DNA of 64,000 nt from Takakia lepidozioides (taxonomy: Eukaryota > Plantae > Bryophyta): positions 31,930,001-31,994,000 of the forward strand of contig CM060731.1 in NCBI GenBank assembly GCA_030704615.1, given 5' to 3'. A program made the position numbers and the translations under genes. Positions 49,762 through 61,679 of this stretch are shown piece by piece; within the stretch, counting starts at the first letter, position 1, and every line of letters starts with the position of its first letter. The notes below the pieces were generated by a model that made no database searches, had not been told where the DNA came from, and saw nothing but the letters and a program-made list of their open reading frames with translations.

Positions 49762-50485
49762 TGTCGCGGCCCTTTGCCTTGAGGGCAGGGGGTCGGGACA
49801 CATGAGGGGCTGCCCCTGTGGTGGGGGCAGCGGCAGCGATAGGTATGGGGGGCTGAAGCACCCTTGAGTGCCCAAGGCACTCAAGGAGGCGGAGGCGCTC
49901 ACTAGGTGGAGCCCCGCACACCGGGTTGCGGTGGAGGTGGCTCCACAAGGGGTGGTGGTAGCTTAGTGGGACTTAGTGGGGGTGGCATAGGACTCACCAT
50001 GGGGTGGAGACCTCGAGGTGGGAGTCGTGGGGAGTCTTGGGACTCATCACGGTCCATTGGGGCCGCGGTGAGTGGGCCAAGACTCACCGCGACTCACCAC
50101 CGGGAGTCGAGGGTTTTCGTGGTGGTTCGCCATAAAATGGCATGGCTGGTTATGAAACCCCCGCGGACAGCTACAGAAGTATATATAGGGAGTAGTAACC
50201 CCGAGAACGGTGCAAGCCCGTTGGTGACCAAAAACTAGTGAGTAAGCGAGCGAGCCGGAAAGCGACCAAAGAGTGGGGAGCTGTTCCGGACTGCCATCTA
50301 CCAAAGGGAATTCTCCTAGTCCCAAATAGGTGGAGGGTTTAGAGGGAAGCGGAAGGGGACCGTTATGTCCCGGTGAGCAGCCGAAACTCCAAGTTGGCCC
50401 GGCGGCCAGGTTGGGAGTCAGGCGCGCGCATCAAAGCGAGTAACTATGACTTGAAGGGGAGTTTACCGAACTGAGGTGTGCGACA
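49762..50485 (+). repeat. Chromovirus 3' LTR
   Basis: Direct repeat of 43516-44239. Confidence 0.97.
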
Positions 50486-53027
50486 AATGGCATGGAAGGG
50501 AGAGGTAATTCAAGAGGGAATTACCAGCCAAGGAATCAGGATTACATAAACAATTCCAGAACAGATCAAGGGCGAGGACCTAATGGGGAAGAACTGTGTT
50601 ACTACTGTAATCAGGCAGGCCATCGCAAGGCAGCCTGTCCATTCTGGATCAGACACCAGAATGAGATGAGAGCTCCAGTGAATGAGGGTCCAGTGGTGGC
50701 AGCTCACATGGTTAGGCCATGTGTTGTACCAGAAGTAAGTACAATGATAGTAACGAGAAGCAAAGCCAAACTAATACCTCCAGTAGTTGAGGAAGATGAT
50801 GATAATGAAGATGGCAGTGATGTGCCTGAAGATGATGAGGCTTGGAGAGATGAGAAAGAACTGCACAAAGAAGTGGCAGATACCATAAGGGAAATGCAGA
50901 AGAGTACTGATATTCCTATGGAAGATTCCTCTGATTCTGAAAGAGAAGAGGAAGTGAGTGAGGATGAAGGGAAGAAAGAAGCTGCAGACATGCAGAGTAA
51001 TGAAGGGACTTTGGCTGAAGTAATATGCCAGTCCAAAGTGTAGATTACCATTGGACAGCTATTGGCTGTGGCACCTTATTTATAGACACATGTTGTATCA
51101 AGCAATCAATCGAATTGCCCATGTGACAGGGAACACAGACCTGAACAGCAAGGTGACCAGTTATAATGTGAAGCCGGAAGGGCGAGAAACAGTCATGGAC
51201 TTTGATGATTCTATGCCAGTAATCCAATGGAGAATTGGAAGCACAAAACTAACTGATGTACTGATAGATGAAGGCTCTGGAGTGAATATCATGACAGACC
51301 AATTAAGGCAGAAGCTTGGTCTAAGTAACATGAAACCAGCCCCATTTACAGTAACAATGGCAGATCAAAGAAGTGTACAGCCATTGGGATTGATAAGAGG
51401 AGTTAAGATACAGATTCAAAAGATGATATTTATGATCACAGTAACTGTGTTGAAAATGGATGAAGTCATGGAGGCTTACTCCTTATTATTGGGACGTCCG
51501 TGGCTGAAACAGGCCAGGGTATTCCATGACTAGAATTCCCAGTTACTAACTGTGCATAATGGGATGCACAAGATACAAATTACCACTAAGAAATCTAGTA
51601 GATTACCTGCTACGAGAAGACCTCGAGGGGTCAGGGAGTATGACTGGAGGGGAGGACTGGATGAGGAGCAGGAAGCTACCATGTTCGCTGCACACCCAGA
51701 GTGGGAGCAGGTTGCAGAGATGCAGCTGGAAGGCCTAAGTTGTTTAAAAGGTATCTGCTGTGGTGTAGTGACAGCAACACCAATTGAAGGTGAAATAAGC
51801 AGTTACCCACCACATTTTTATGAAGAAAGAGAAGGAGAAATGGAAATCCTAGAGGAACCAGCCACTGTGAGTTTACAGGATGAAGTGGTAACTGGTTGGG
51901 CAATCACAGCTGATGAGCAGGTGAGAGAAGTGAACGTGGGAACTGAAGAGGAACCGAGGATGGTGAAGGTAGGGGCTGATTTGGAGCCAAAATTCTTTGA
52001 GGAAGCTAAGAGTTTGTTCATCAAATACAGAGATGTATTTGCTTGGAGCTACAAGGATCTAAAAGGGATACCACCTGAGATCTGTCAGCATAAGATTGAA
52101 CTGGAACCAGGGTCAGTACCAATCAAACAGGCAAGGTACAGAATGAATCCCAACTATGCACAGAAGGTCGGAGAAGAGATCAAGAAGTTGGCTGAGGCTA
52201 AGTTTATATACCCGATAGAGTATACAACTTGGTTGTCACCCATTGTGACAGTTCCCAAGAAGAATGGTAAACTGAGAGTTTGTGTGAACTATAAAAAGTT
52301 GAATGCTTGCACGAAGAAAGATCTTTTTTCCTTTGCCATTCACAGAAGCGGTATTGGACACTGTGGCAGGCCATGAGATGTATTCATTCATGGATGGCTT
52401 CAGTGGTTATAATCAAGTGCAAGTGGCAGAAGAAGACCAGGGAAAGACATCGTTCATCACAGACTGGGGTGCTTATGCATACAAAGTCATGCCTTTTGGA
52501 CTTTGTAATGCACCAGCAATCTTTCAGAGAGTGATAAGTGAATCTTTTCATGAGTATCTGGATGATTTCATGCAGGTGTTCTTGGATGATTTCAGTGTGT
52601 ACAGCTCTAAGAATTAGCACTTGCATAAATTGGAGTTATGTTTGGCCAGATGCAGGATGAGAGGTCTGGGCCTGAATCCAGAGAAGTGTACTTTCTGTGT
52701 GAACTCAGGGGTGCTTTTGGGACACATTGTGTGTAAGAGGGGACTTCTTGTGGATCCCAGGAAGACAGAGGCCATTAAAGCCTCTCCACCACCAGTAAAT
52801 GCTAAGAGTCTAAGGAGATTCCTTGGACAAACCAATTATTACAGAAGATTTGTCAAAAGGTATGCACAGATAGAAAGATGTTGTGTTTGCATGGACAGCT
52901 GAATGTCAACAGGCTTTTGAGGAACTTACATTGTCAGTAACAACTACACCTGTGCTGATTAACCCTCACTGGCATGTAGTATTTCATGTTCATTGTGATG
53001 CCTCAGGAGAAGCGTTGGGAGCGGTGT

Positions 53028-54702
53028 TGTCGCGCGGCTTCTACTCACCTATCCCTTCCCTATCCGAGGCGGAAACTCCAAGATAGAAGAGTTGGAAATC
53101 TCTAAGTACTCAGCCCGCTCAGAACAATCAGTCATGACCTACAACTAGTGTATCATGGGAGTGTTTCCTATTTGTTTTCCTTCCCGCATTCATGTTAGCT
53201 AGTTACCTTACTGCTGGTAATTAGGTATCAGTTTGCTCCATCAACTCATCCATTCATTCCACAGCTTCACTCAGATCCCTCTACACAGTGTGAGTATGAA
53301 GTGTGTATCATTAATATCTATCAAGTATCAGGCTAAAGTCCTGGAGTCTCTAATCTGCTCTACATTATAATTCTACTGCTTGCTATCATTAAGCATCAAC
53401 AGATCCTCCTCCTACTCCGTGCTCTCCATCTTTCTGCTCAGAAATACGCTATCTCCTCCTTTCCCCCAGTGATGTCCGAAGTCTCCCCCCAAAAGTGCCC
53501 CCCTCTCGTCTCCGCTGCCCGCTTTATACCTTCCCCCTATTCTAACCGTTTTCCTTCACTAACCGTCCTCCGTGAATTACATTTTCCCCAGGCAGATGTT
53601 GTTCCCCACAGTCGTTCCCTGTCATGATAACCGTTCCCTATGACTGTGACAGCTTTGTCAGACTGTGACGGCTGTTTCGGGCTGTGTCGGGCTGTGACTG
53701 GCTGTGTATGGCTGTGTATGGCTGTGACGGGCTGTGAGTGTGTCGGGCTGTGGATGGCTGTGACGGGCTGTGAGTGTGTCGGGCTGTGTATGGCTGTGAC
53801 GGGCTGTCTTAAAAAATTAAGGTACCCCTCAGAACCCATAGAAGTGTCTAAGTCCCAGACTCCACAGAACCATAAAAATGCCTAAGTCCCAGACTGCCTC
53901 CTAACATTACCCCTTCCCCCTCTCAAAAGCCGTGTCCTCACGGTTTACTGCTTAGGATCAGTAAATCTTTGTGAACGTGGTCCTGTCTGTTTTTGTGAGA
54001 GTGCCTTGGAGGGCTCTCTGTACGTGCCCGAGTTCTATGACTGCTGCTGGAGATGCTTGAGCTGTACTTGTACCTGATTTTGTTGCCCTTTGACTGAACC
54101 GGCTGTAATGGCTCTGGTGTGGGAGATCCTCGTCGTTTCTTGTCGTGCAGTTCTTGATCATATTCCTCCCATACGTCAAGAGCTTGTTCTGAAGATTCAG
54201 CTGTTGTGTCCCGAATCTGTTTCAGTCCTGCAATTTTTTGGTTTTCTTGCCTTTTTGGTTTCTCTGGAATGAAAATTGGCATACAGTGTGGCCCCACCAT
54301 GTCAGGAACCTTAAGCTTCACAACGTTGTGTAACCTGTTGAAAGCAAGTTGATTGAACTTCAACAATTCCTTCTCAGTGTAGGTGAGAGGTGTGCCAGTA
54401 ACTTTGGAGCAGTATAGGTATTGCCAAGCTGTCTGCTCCTTATTAAAAATGTCGTCAATATGGCCGTTTTTTTGCGTTTGCTCAAGTTGTTCCAACAGCC
54501 CTGTTAAACATGAACGGGAGTTGTGAATCCCTCTGTAACATGATTTTCACATCATTAAATACGTATGATGCGGCCCACAGGTAAGTCAATGATCTGTAGT
54601 GGAATAAGTCAAGAAATCTGGACTGCATCTTCTGCTCTCAATGTGGTAACGTGCAAGGAAACAAGCAGTATAATAAATTCCACAGCCCATGACCAAACTC
54701 GC
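53028..54702 (-). mobile_element. Family B copy 3: 3' LTR (53028-53906), polypurine tract and end of the 3' extra ORF
   Basis: Reverse-complement LTR TGTTAG...GCGCGACA. Polypurine tract GAGAGGGGGAAGGGG at ~53910-53924. ORF 53938..54495 is homologous to 30218..30547. Confidence 0.9.
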
Positions 54703-57700
54703 TGTTAGAGGACTGTCGGGGACTTAGACACTTATACGGGATCTGTAGGGTACCCTTAATTTTTGCACAGACTGAGACCAACAGGAGCCTTAGGGGTGAC
54801 AGCAGCGCACTGTAGATGAGGGTTACACAGCCCGACACAGCGTCACAACACACCGACATAGCCCTCACAGTCGTCACAGCCACACAACACAGCCCTTCAC
54901 AACCCACAGCCAACACAGCCACACAGCCCGTCACAGTCGTTCCAGCAGACACAGCCACCGCACATCCGACACAGCCACACAGCCAGTCACCAGCCCGACA
55001 CAGCCAAACACATCGCACAGCACACACACCCACAGCCCGTCACAGTTTCACACAGCCAGTCACATAACACCGAACAGCTTGGCACAGCTGTCACGATCAT
55101 AGGGAACGAAGAGTAGGACAGGGAACGACTGTGGGGAACAACACCTGCGAAGGGAACATGTTAGTTCACAGACGACGGTTAGTGAGGGAAACGGTTAGAA
55201 CCGCGGATAGGAAGATAAAGGGAGAAACGGGGAATTGAGAAGATCATCATTCGGAGGAGGACTTCTTGGTGATGGAGGAGAGGGGATCGGGCAGAGATGA
55301 AGAGAAAGAACGAAGTAAAGATAGAGAGATGAGGAGTAGATGCTTGATATATGCAAGGCTGTAATGATATTGTAGAGCAGATTAGAGACACAATGGCTTC
55401 GGCCTGATACCTGATAAATCATAATCGGATACTTTTACGATACAATCACACTGTGTAGAGAGATCTGAGTGAAGCTGTGAATGAATGGATGAGTTGATGG
55501 AATCCATAGATTGATAAAGCAAACTGATACTTAATTATCAATGGTAAGATAGCTAACATGAATACCAAAAGGAAACAAATAGGAACACCCCCATGATACA
55601 CTAGCTGTAGGTCATGACTGATTGTTCTGCGCGGGCTGAGTACTTAGAGATTTCCAACTCTTCTATCTTGGAGTTTCCGCCTCGGATAGCGAAGGGATGG
55701 GTGAGTAAAAGCCGCGCGACATTTGGCGACCATACTGGGGACCTGGGACATGAACAACCAGATGTGACAGGCATCTGGTGGGATCATGGTGGTTGGACCA
55801 TTAAAGAATTTGAAGTGAATCAAATTCCCTGTGGAACGAAGGAAGAAAGATTGTCCAAACAATTCTTTCAAAGGTTCTTGGAATTGCCAGACGGTTGTAA
55901 AGAAAATATTCTTAACGAGTGCATGATGCTGATCCAGAATGGGGTCTGGAGAAAGGAGTGATAAAGATTTATCAGGTAGCCTGTAGAGGAAGAGCACGTT
56001 GGTTACCAACATTGGTTTATGTGATAGCATTGCTATCCATTAAACGAGTAGAGTTTGAAGGCTGGGAAGAAAGAAAGGTGAATGTTTATACTCATATGCA
56101 TGAAGAGCTTGTACTGGTAAAGAATTGGATTCCAAAGGATATTTTGTGGATCAAACTCACACCAAGAACAGCTTTTCAGACTTGTTTGCCATATGGTTAT
56201 ATGGTAACGGAGACTTCAAGTATAGCCAAGGGTGCATTGAAGCTTGAAAGAAACCCAGGCATATACGAGAGATATTACAGAAGAGAGTTTTGGTTATTGC
56301 CACATTAAAAGAAATGAAAGACATGGGACATGAGTGATGAAAGAGAAGCTAGACGACAGAGATATTCAGCAAAAAGAGAAAGCTATCTGAAAGCTAATTA
56401 TCCATATCTTTGGGAGAGAGGAATAGACATAGGGGAATCATCTGGACCTCTCACACCATCAAGATCAAAGAGTGCATCACCTATACCGGAAGAACTAGAG
56501 TTGGATGCCACTCCTTCTGTTTCTTTGCAAGAAAGATTAAGGGAATTGGTACAGGAAGAAGATCAATCACGAGGTGAAAGATCTGAGGTACATCCTTGGA
56601 TAAAAGACTTGACAGAAATCTTTGATAAGAGTTGGCATGGAACACCAAAGCAGGAACTCCAGTTTCTGAAGCAGAAGATGATGAAGGAGAAGAGGATGTG
56701 GCAGAGCCAACGGAGAGTTCAGACTCTCCAACACCATTACAGTTGAGTTACATGAGTGAAGAAGAAACCCAAGGGCAGAACTTGGAGGATGAAAACAGAG
56801 AGAAGAAATTGGAAGAGGAAGAATATGAAGAAGTAGACCCAACAGCTGAGGTTGAGACTACAACCAGGACATCCCAACCCGTTGGACCTGGATCAAGTGG
56901 AGCACTTGGATCACAGGCCAACGAAGGTGTCGGCTCAGGGGGATCAGGCGGGCTGCCTGGATCTGGCTCTGGGGGGACAGGGAGTGTGGGAAGTAGTGCA
57001 ACTGAAGCTGGGAATACTGTGAATATCGTGGGGCCAGAAGCAGGGAGTGCTCAAGGCCACACACTTGGTGGAAGATCCACCACAAAAAACAGGTCCAGAA
57101 GGACCAGCACCAGCAAGGGTGCCAGCACCTGTCAGTGGGCAGAAGGTAGGGCCACAGATGGCGTTACAACCAACACGGGCAAAACCACCCTTTCCAATAT
57201 ATTCAGGAAAAGGGGATCCCGATGTACACATTAGCCAATTTGAGCACATGTGTATAGTGAACAATGAGAATGGCGATGATGCCAGATGAGACTGTTTCCT
57301 TGTTCACTTATCAAGAAAGCAAGTGAATGGTATGCAAGATTCCCTGATAATCATTTCCTAACCTGGAATGGCTTGAATACAGCATTTCGAAATAGGTTCA
57401 GGACAAGTAAAACTGAGGATGAAGTGTATGGAAGTTTACAACAGCTGAAGCAGAAGAAGCATGAAACTGTTGAAGAGTATATGGAGAAGATGGAATTGAT
57501 GATGAAAAAGCTGGCTGCAGTACCAGCACCCGGTTTACAGAAGACTTGGTTTGTGAGTGGACTAAGACCAGAGTTGCAAAAGAAAGTGGATATGTTACCC
57601 CATAATACAGTGGAGGAGGCATTTGAAACTGCGAACAGAATTGAGCAATTGGGAATGCTCAGGAGAGAGAAAAAAGAAGATGAGGACTCTGAGGATGAGT

Positions 57701-60700
57701 CAGATGAAGAAGAAGAGCAAGAACTAAAAAGAAAGAGTAAGAGAAAGGAGAAGTTGAAGAGGGATAACTATGAAAAAAAATTGGAAGAAATCTTGAAGAA
57801 GTATGCCACAGAGGCTGCAACACATTGGAGGAAGGGTGTATGGTGTGCAAAGTGCCAGAATGAAGGCCATACCACCACAGAATGCCACATGAAGGAGAAA
57901 CACTGTACTATCTGTAAAATGGATAACCATTCTACTGAGATTGTTACTACAACAGAAGGACAGCTGCAAGAGAACCTAGGCAAGTAAGGGTGCATCAGGT
58001 GCAGCCCCAGCCAAGAAGAAACAATGATCAGGACCACTATATGGTAGGTCTGGTGGTTATAACAATGGCATGGAAGGGAGAGGTAATTCAAGAGGGAATT
58101 ACCAAGGAAATTCCAGAGGCAACTATCAGGGTAATCCAAGGGGGAATTACCAGCCCGGGAATCAGGATTATAGAAATAATCCAAGAACAGACCAAGGGCG
58201 AGGACCCAATGGTGAAGAGCTATGTTACTATTGTAATCAGCCAGACATCGCAAGGCAGCCTGTTCATTCTGGATAAGACACCAGAATGAGATGAGAGCCC
58301 CTGTGAATGAGGGCCCAGTAGTGGCAGCTCACATGGTTAGGCCATGTGTTGTACCAGAAGTAAGTACAATGATAGTAACAAGAAGTAAAGCCAAACTAAT
58401 ACCTCCAGTAGAAGAGGAAGAAGATGAGACTGGAAGTGGCAATGATATGCCTGAAGATGAAGAGACTTGGAAAGATGAGAAGGAACTGCACAAGGAAGTG
58501 GCAGATACTATAAGGGAAATGCAAAAGAGTACTGATATTCTGTGGCAGATTCCTCTGATTCGGATGGAGAAAAAAAGGGAGTGAGGAAGAAAGGAAAAAA
58601 AGAAGATGCAGACATGCAAAGTAATGAAGAGACTTTGGCTGAAGTAATATGTCAGACCAAAGCAGAAATTACCATTGGACAGCTATTAGCTGTGGCACCT
58701 TATTGTAGGCACAGGCTGTATCAAGCAATCAATCGAATTGCCCAGAGACAGGAAACACAGACCTGAACAGCAAGGTGACCAGTTATAATGTGAAGCCGGA
58801 AGGGCGAGAACAGTCATGGACTTTGATGATTCTATGCCAGTAATCCAATTGAGAATTGGAAGCACAGAACTAACTGATGTACTGATAGATGGTGGTTCTG
58901 GAGTAAATATCATGACAGACCAATTAAGGAAGAAGCTTGGTCTAAGTAACATGAAACCAGCCCCATTTACAGTAACAATGGCAGATCAAAGAAGTGTACA
59001 GCCATTGGGATTAATAAGAGGAGTTAAGATACAGATACAGAAATGATCTTTATGATCACAGTAACTGTATTAAAATGGATGAAGTCATGGAGGCTTACTC
59101 CTTATTATTGGAACGTCCGTGGCTGAAACAGGCCAGGGTATTCCATGACTGGAATTCTCAGTTACTAACCCTGCATAATGGGATACACGGGATACAAATT
59201 ACCACAAAGAAATCTAGTAGATTACCTGCTACAAGAAGACCTCGAGGAGTCAGAGAGTATGACTGGGAGGAGGACTGGATGAGGAGCAGGAAGCTACCCT
59301 ATTTGCTGCACACCCCGAGTGGGAGCAGGTTGCAGAGATGCGGCTGGAAAGCCTAAGTTGTTTGAGAGGTATCTGCTGTGGTGTAGTGACAGCAACACCA
59401 ACTGAAGAGAAACCAGCATTTACCCATCACATTTCTATGAAGAAAGAGAAGGAGAAATAGAAATCCTAGAAGAACCAGCCACTGTGAGCTTACAGGATGA
59501 AGTGGTGACTGTTGTACAATCACAACAAGCTGATGAGCAGGTGAGAGAAGTAAATGTGGGAACTAAAGAGGAACCGAGGATGGTGAAAGTAGGAGCTGAT
59601 TTGGAGCCGGAATTCTTCGAAGAAGCTAAAGCTTGTTCATCAATACAGAGATGTATTTGCTTGGAGCTATGAGGATCTAAAGGGATACCACCTGAAGTCT
59701 GTCAGCATAAGATTGAACTGGAACCAGGGTCAGTACCAATCAAGCAGGCGAGGTATAGAATGAATCCCAACTACGCACAGAAGGTTGGAGAAGAGATAAA
59801 GAAGTTGGCTGAGGCTAAGTTTATATACCCATAGAGTATACAACTTGGTTGTCACCCATTGTAATAGTTCCCAAGAAGAAATGGCAAACTAAGAGTATGT
59901 GTGAACTATAAGAAGCTGAATGCTTGTACGAAGAAAGATCCTTTCCCTTTGCCATTCACAGAAGCATATAGACACTGTGGCAGGCCAAGTGCAAGTGGCA
60001 GAAGAAGACCAAGGGAAAACAGCTTTCATCACAGACTGGGGGGCTTATGCATACAAAGTCATGCCCTTTGGACTTTGTAATGCACCAGCGACCTTTCAGA
60101 GAGTGATAAGTGAATCTTTTCATGAGTATCTGGATGATTTCATGCAGGTATTCTTGGATGATTTCAGTGTGTACAGCTCTAAGAGTGAGCACTTGCATAA
60201 ATTGGAGTTATGTTTGGCCAGATGCAGGATGAGAGGTCTGGGCCTGAATCCAGAGAAGTGTACTTTCTGTGTGAACTCAGGGGTGCTTCTGGGACACATT
60301 GTGTGTAAGAAGGGACTCCTTGTGGATCCAAAAAGACAGAGTCCATTAAAGCCTCTCCACCACCAGTGAATGTTTAAAAGTCTACGAAGATTCCTTGGGC
60401 AAACCAGTTATTACAGGAGATTTGTCAAAAGGTATGCACAAATAGCAGCACCATTGAGCAAACTACTGAAGAAAGATGCAGTGTTTGCCTGGACAGCTGG
60501 AATGTCAACAGGCATTTGAGGAACTTACACTGTCAGTAACAACTACACCTGTGCTGATTAACCCTCACTGGCATGTAGTATTCCATGTTCACTGCGATGC
60601 ATCAGGAGAAGCGTTGGGAGCGGTGTTAGCCCAGAATGTTACAGGGAATATAGATTCACCTGTGTACTATGCTAGCCGGTTGATGAACAGTGCTGAGAGG

Positions 60701-61179
60701 AACTATAGCACAACGGAAAGAGAAGCATTGGCAATGATCTATGCAGTGAAGAAATTCAGGCATTACCTGTTGGGCAAGAAGTTTATGTTCTATGTGGATC
60801 AACAGGCTCTGATATACCTGTAAACAAACCTCTGATAAGCGGAAGAATAGCAAGATGGTTAATAATCTTTGCACGAGTTTGAGTTCGAGGTTGTTTACAA
60901 GCCTGGAAGACTGCATCTTGTGGCGGATCATTTGTCACGATTGTAACAGGAGAACCAGCCACAGGAATAGATGATCATTACCAGATGCGAGTCTCTTTGC
61001 AGTGGAGGTGCAGGGAAGTGCAGATGACTGGTTAGATTGGCAGTGGCCAATCAGATACTACCTTGCTCATGGTCAGTGCCCACCTAGTTTGGTAAGGAAG
61101 CAGGGAACAAGAATCGGTATCAAAGTATTTACCTTATAATATGGTAGGAGCAGAATGTATAAGTTAGGACCTGATGGAA
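54703..61179 (+). mobile_element. Family B copy 4: 5' LTR (54703-55721), PBS, 5' ORF, gag-pol up to the gap; many single-base indels
   Basis: Same LTR and PBS as copy 2. Protease VLIDGGSGVNIM; RT and RNase H motifs. Confidence 0.9.
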
Positions 61180-61679
61180 NNNNNNNNNNNNNNNNNNNNN
61201 NNNNNNNNNNNNNNNNNNNNNNNNNNNNNNNNNNNNNNNNNNNNNNNNNNNNNNNNNNNNNNNNNNNNNNNNNNNNNNNNNNNNNNNNNNNNNNNNNNNN
61301 NNNNNNNNNNNNNNNNNNNNNNNNNNNNNNNNNNNNNNNNNNNNNNNNNNNNNNNNNNNNNNNNNNNNNNNNNNNNNNNNNNNNNNNNNNNNNNNNNNNN
61401 NNNNNNNNNNNNNNNNNNNNNNNNNNNNNNNNNNNNNNNNNNNNNNNNNNNNNNNNNNNNNNNNNNNNNNNNNNNNNNNNNNNNNNNNNNNNNNNNNNNN
61501 NNNNNNNNNNNNNNNNNNNNNNNNNNNNNNNNNNNNNNNNNNNNNNNNNNNNNNNNNNNNNNNNNNNNNNNNNNNNNNNNNNNNNNNNNNNNNNNNNNNN
61601 NNNNNNNNNNNNNNNNNNNNNNNNNNNNNNNNNNNNNNNNNNNNNNNNNNNNNNNNNNNNNNNNNNNNNNNNNNNNNNN
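61180..61679. other. Assembly gap (500 N)
   Basis: Run of N. Confidence 1.

Larger units (their letters stand above)
43516..50485 (+). mobile_element. Full-length young Ty3/gypsy chromovirus (Galadriel-like)
   Basis: 724-bp LTRs TGTCG...CGACA; 5-bp TSD AATGG (43511-43515, 50486-50490); PBS-Met TGGTATCAGAGC 44242-44253; chromodomain. Confidence 0.97.
36713..53027 (+). mobile_element. Family B copy 2 (LTR, 5' ORF, gag with 3 zinc knuckles, protease, RT, RNase H start), interrupted at 39390, 43516 and 53028
   Basis: Colinear with copy 4 (54703-61179) once the two inserts are removed. RT LRVCVNYKKLN, MDGFSGYNQ, MPFGLCNAP, FLDDF. Confidence 0.9.
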
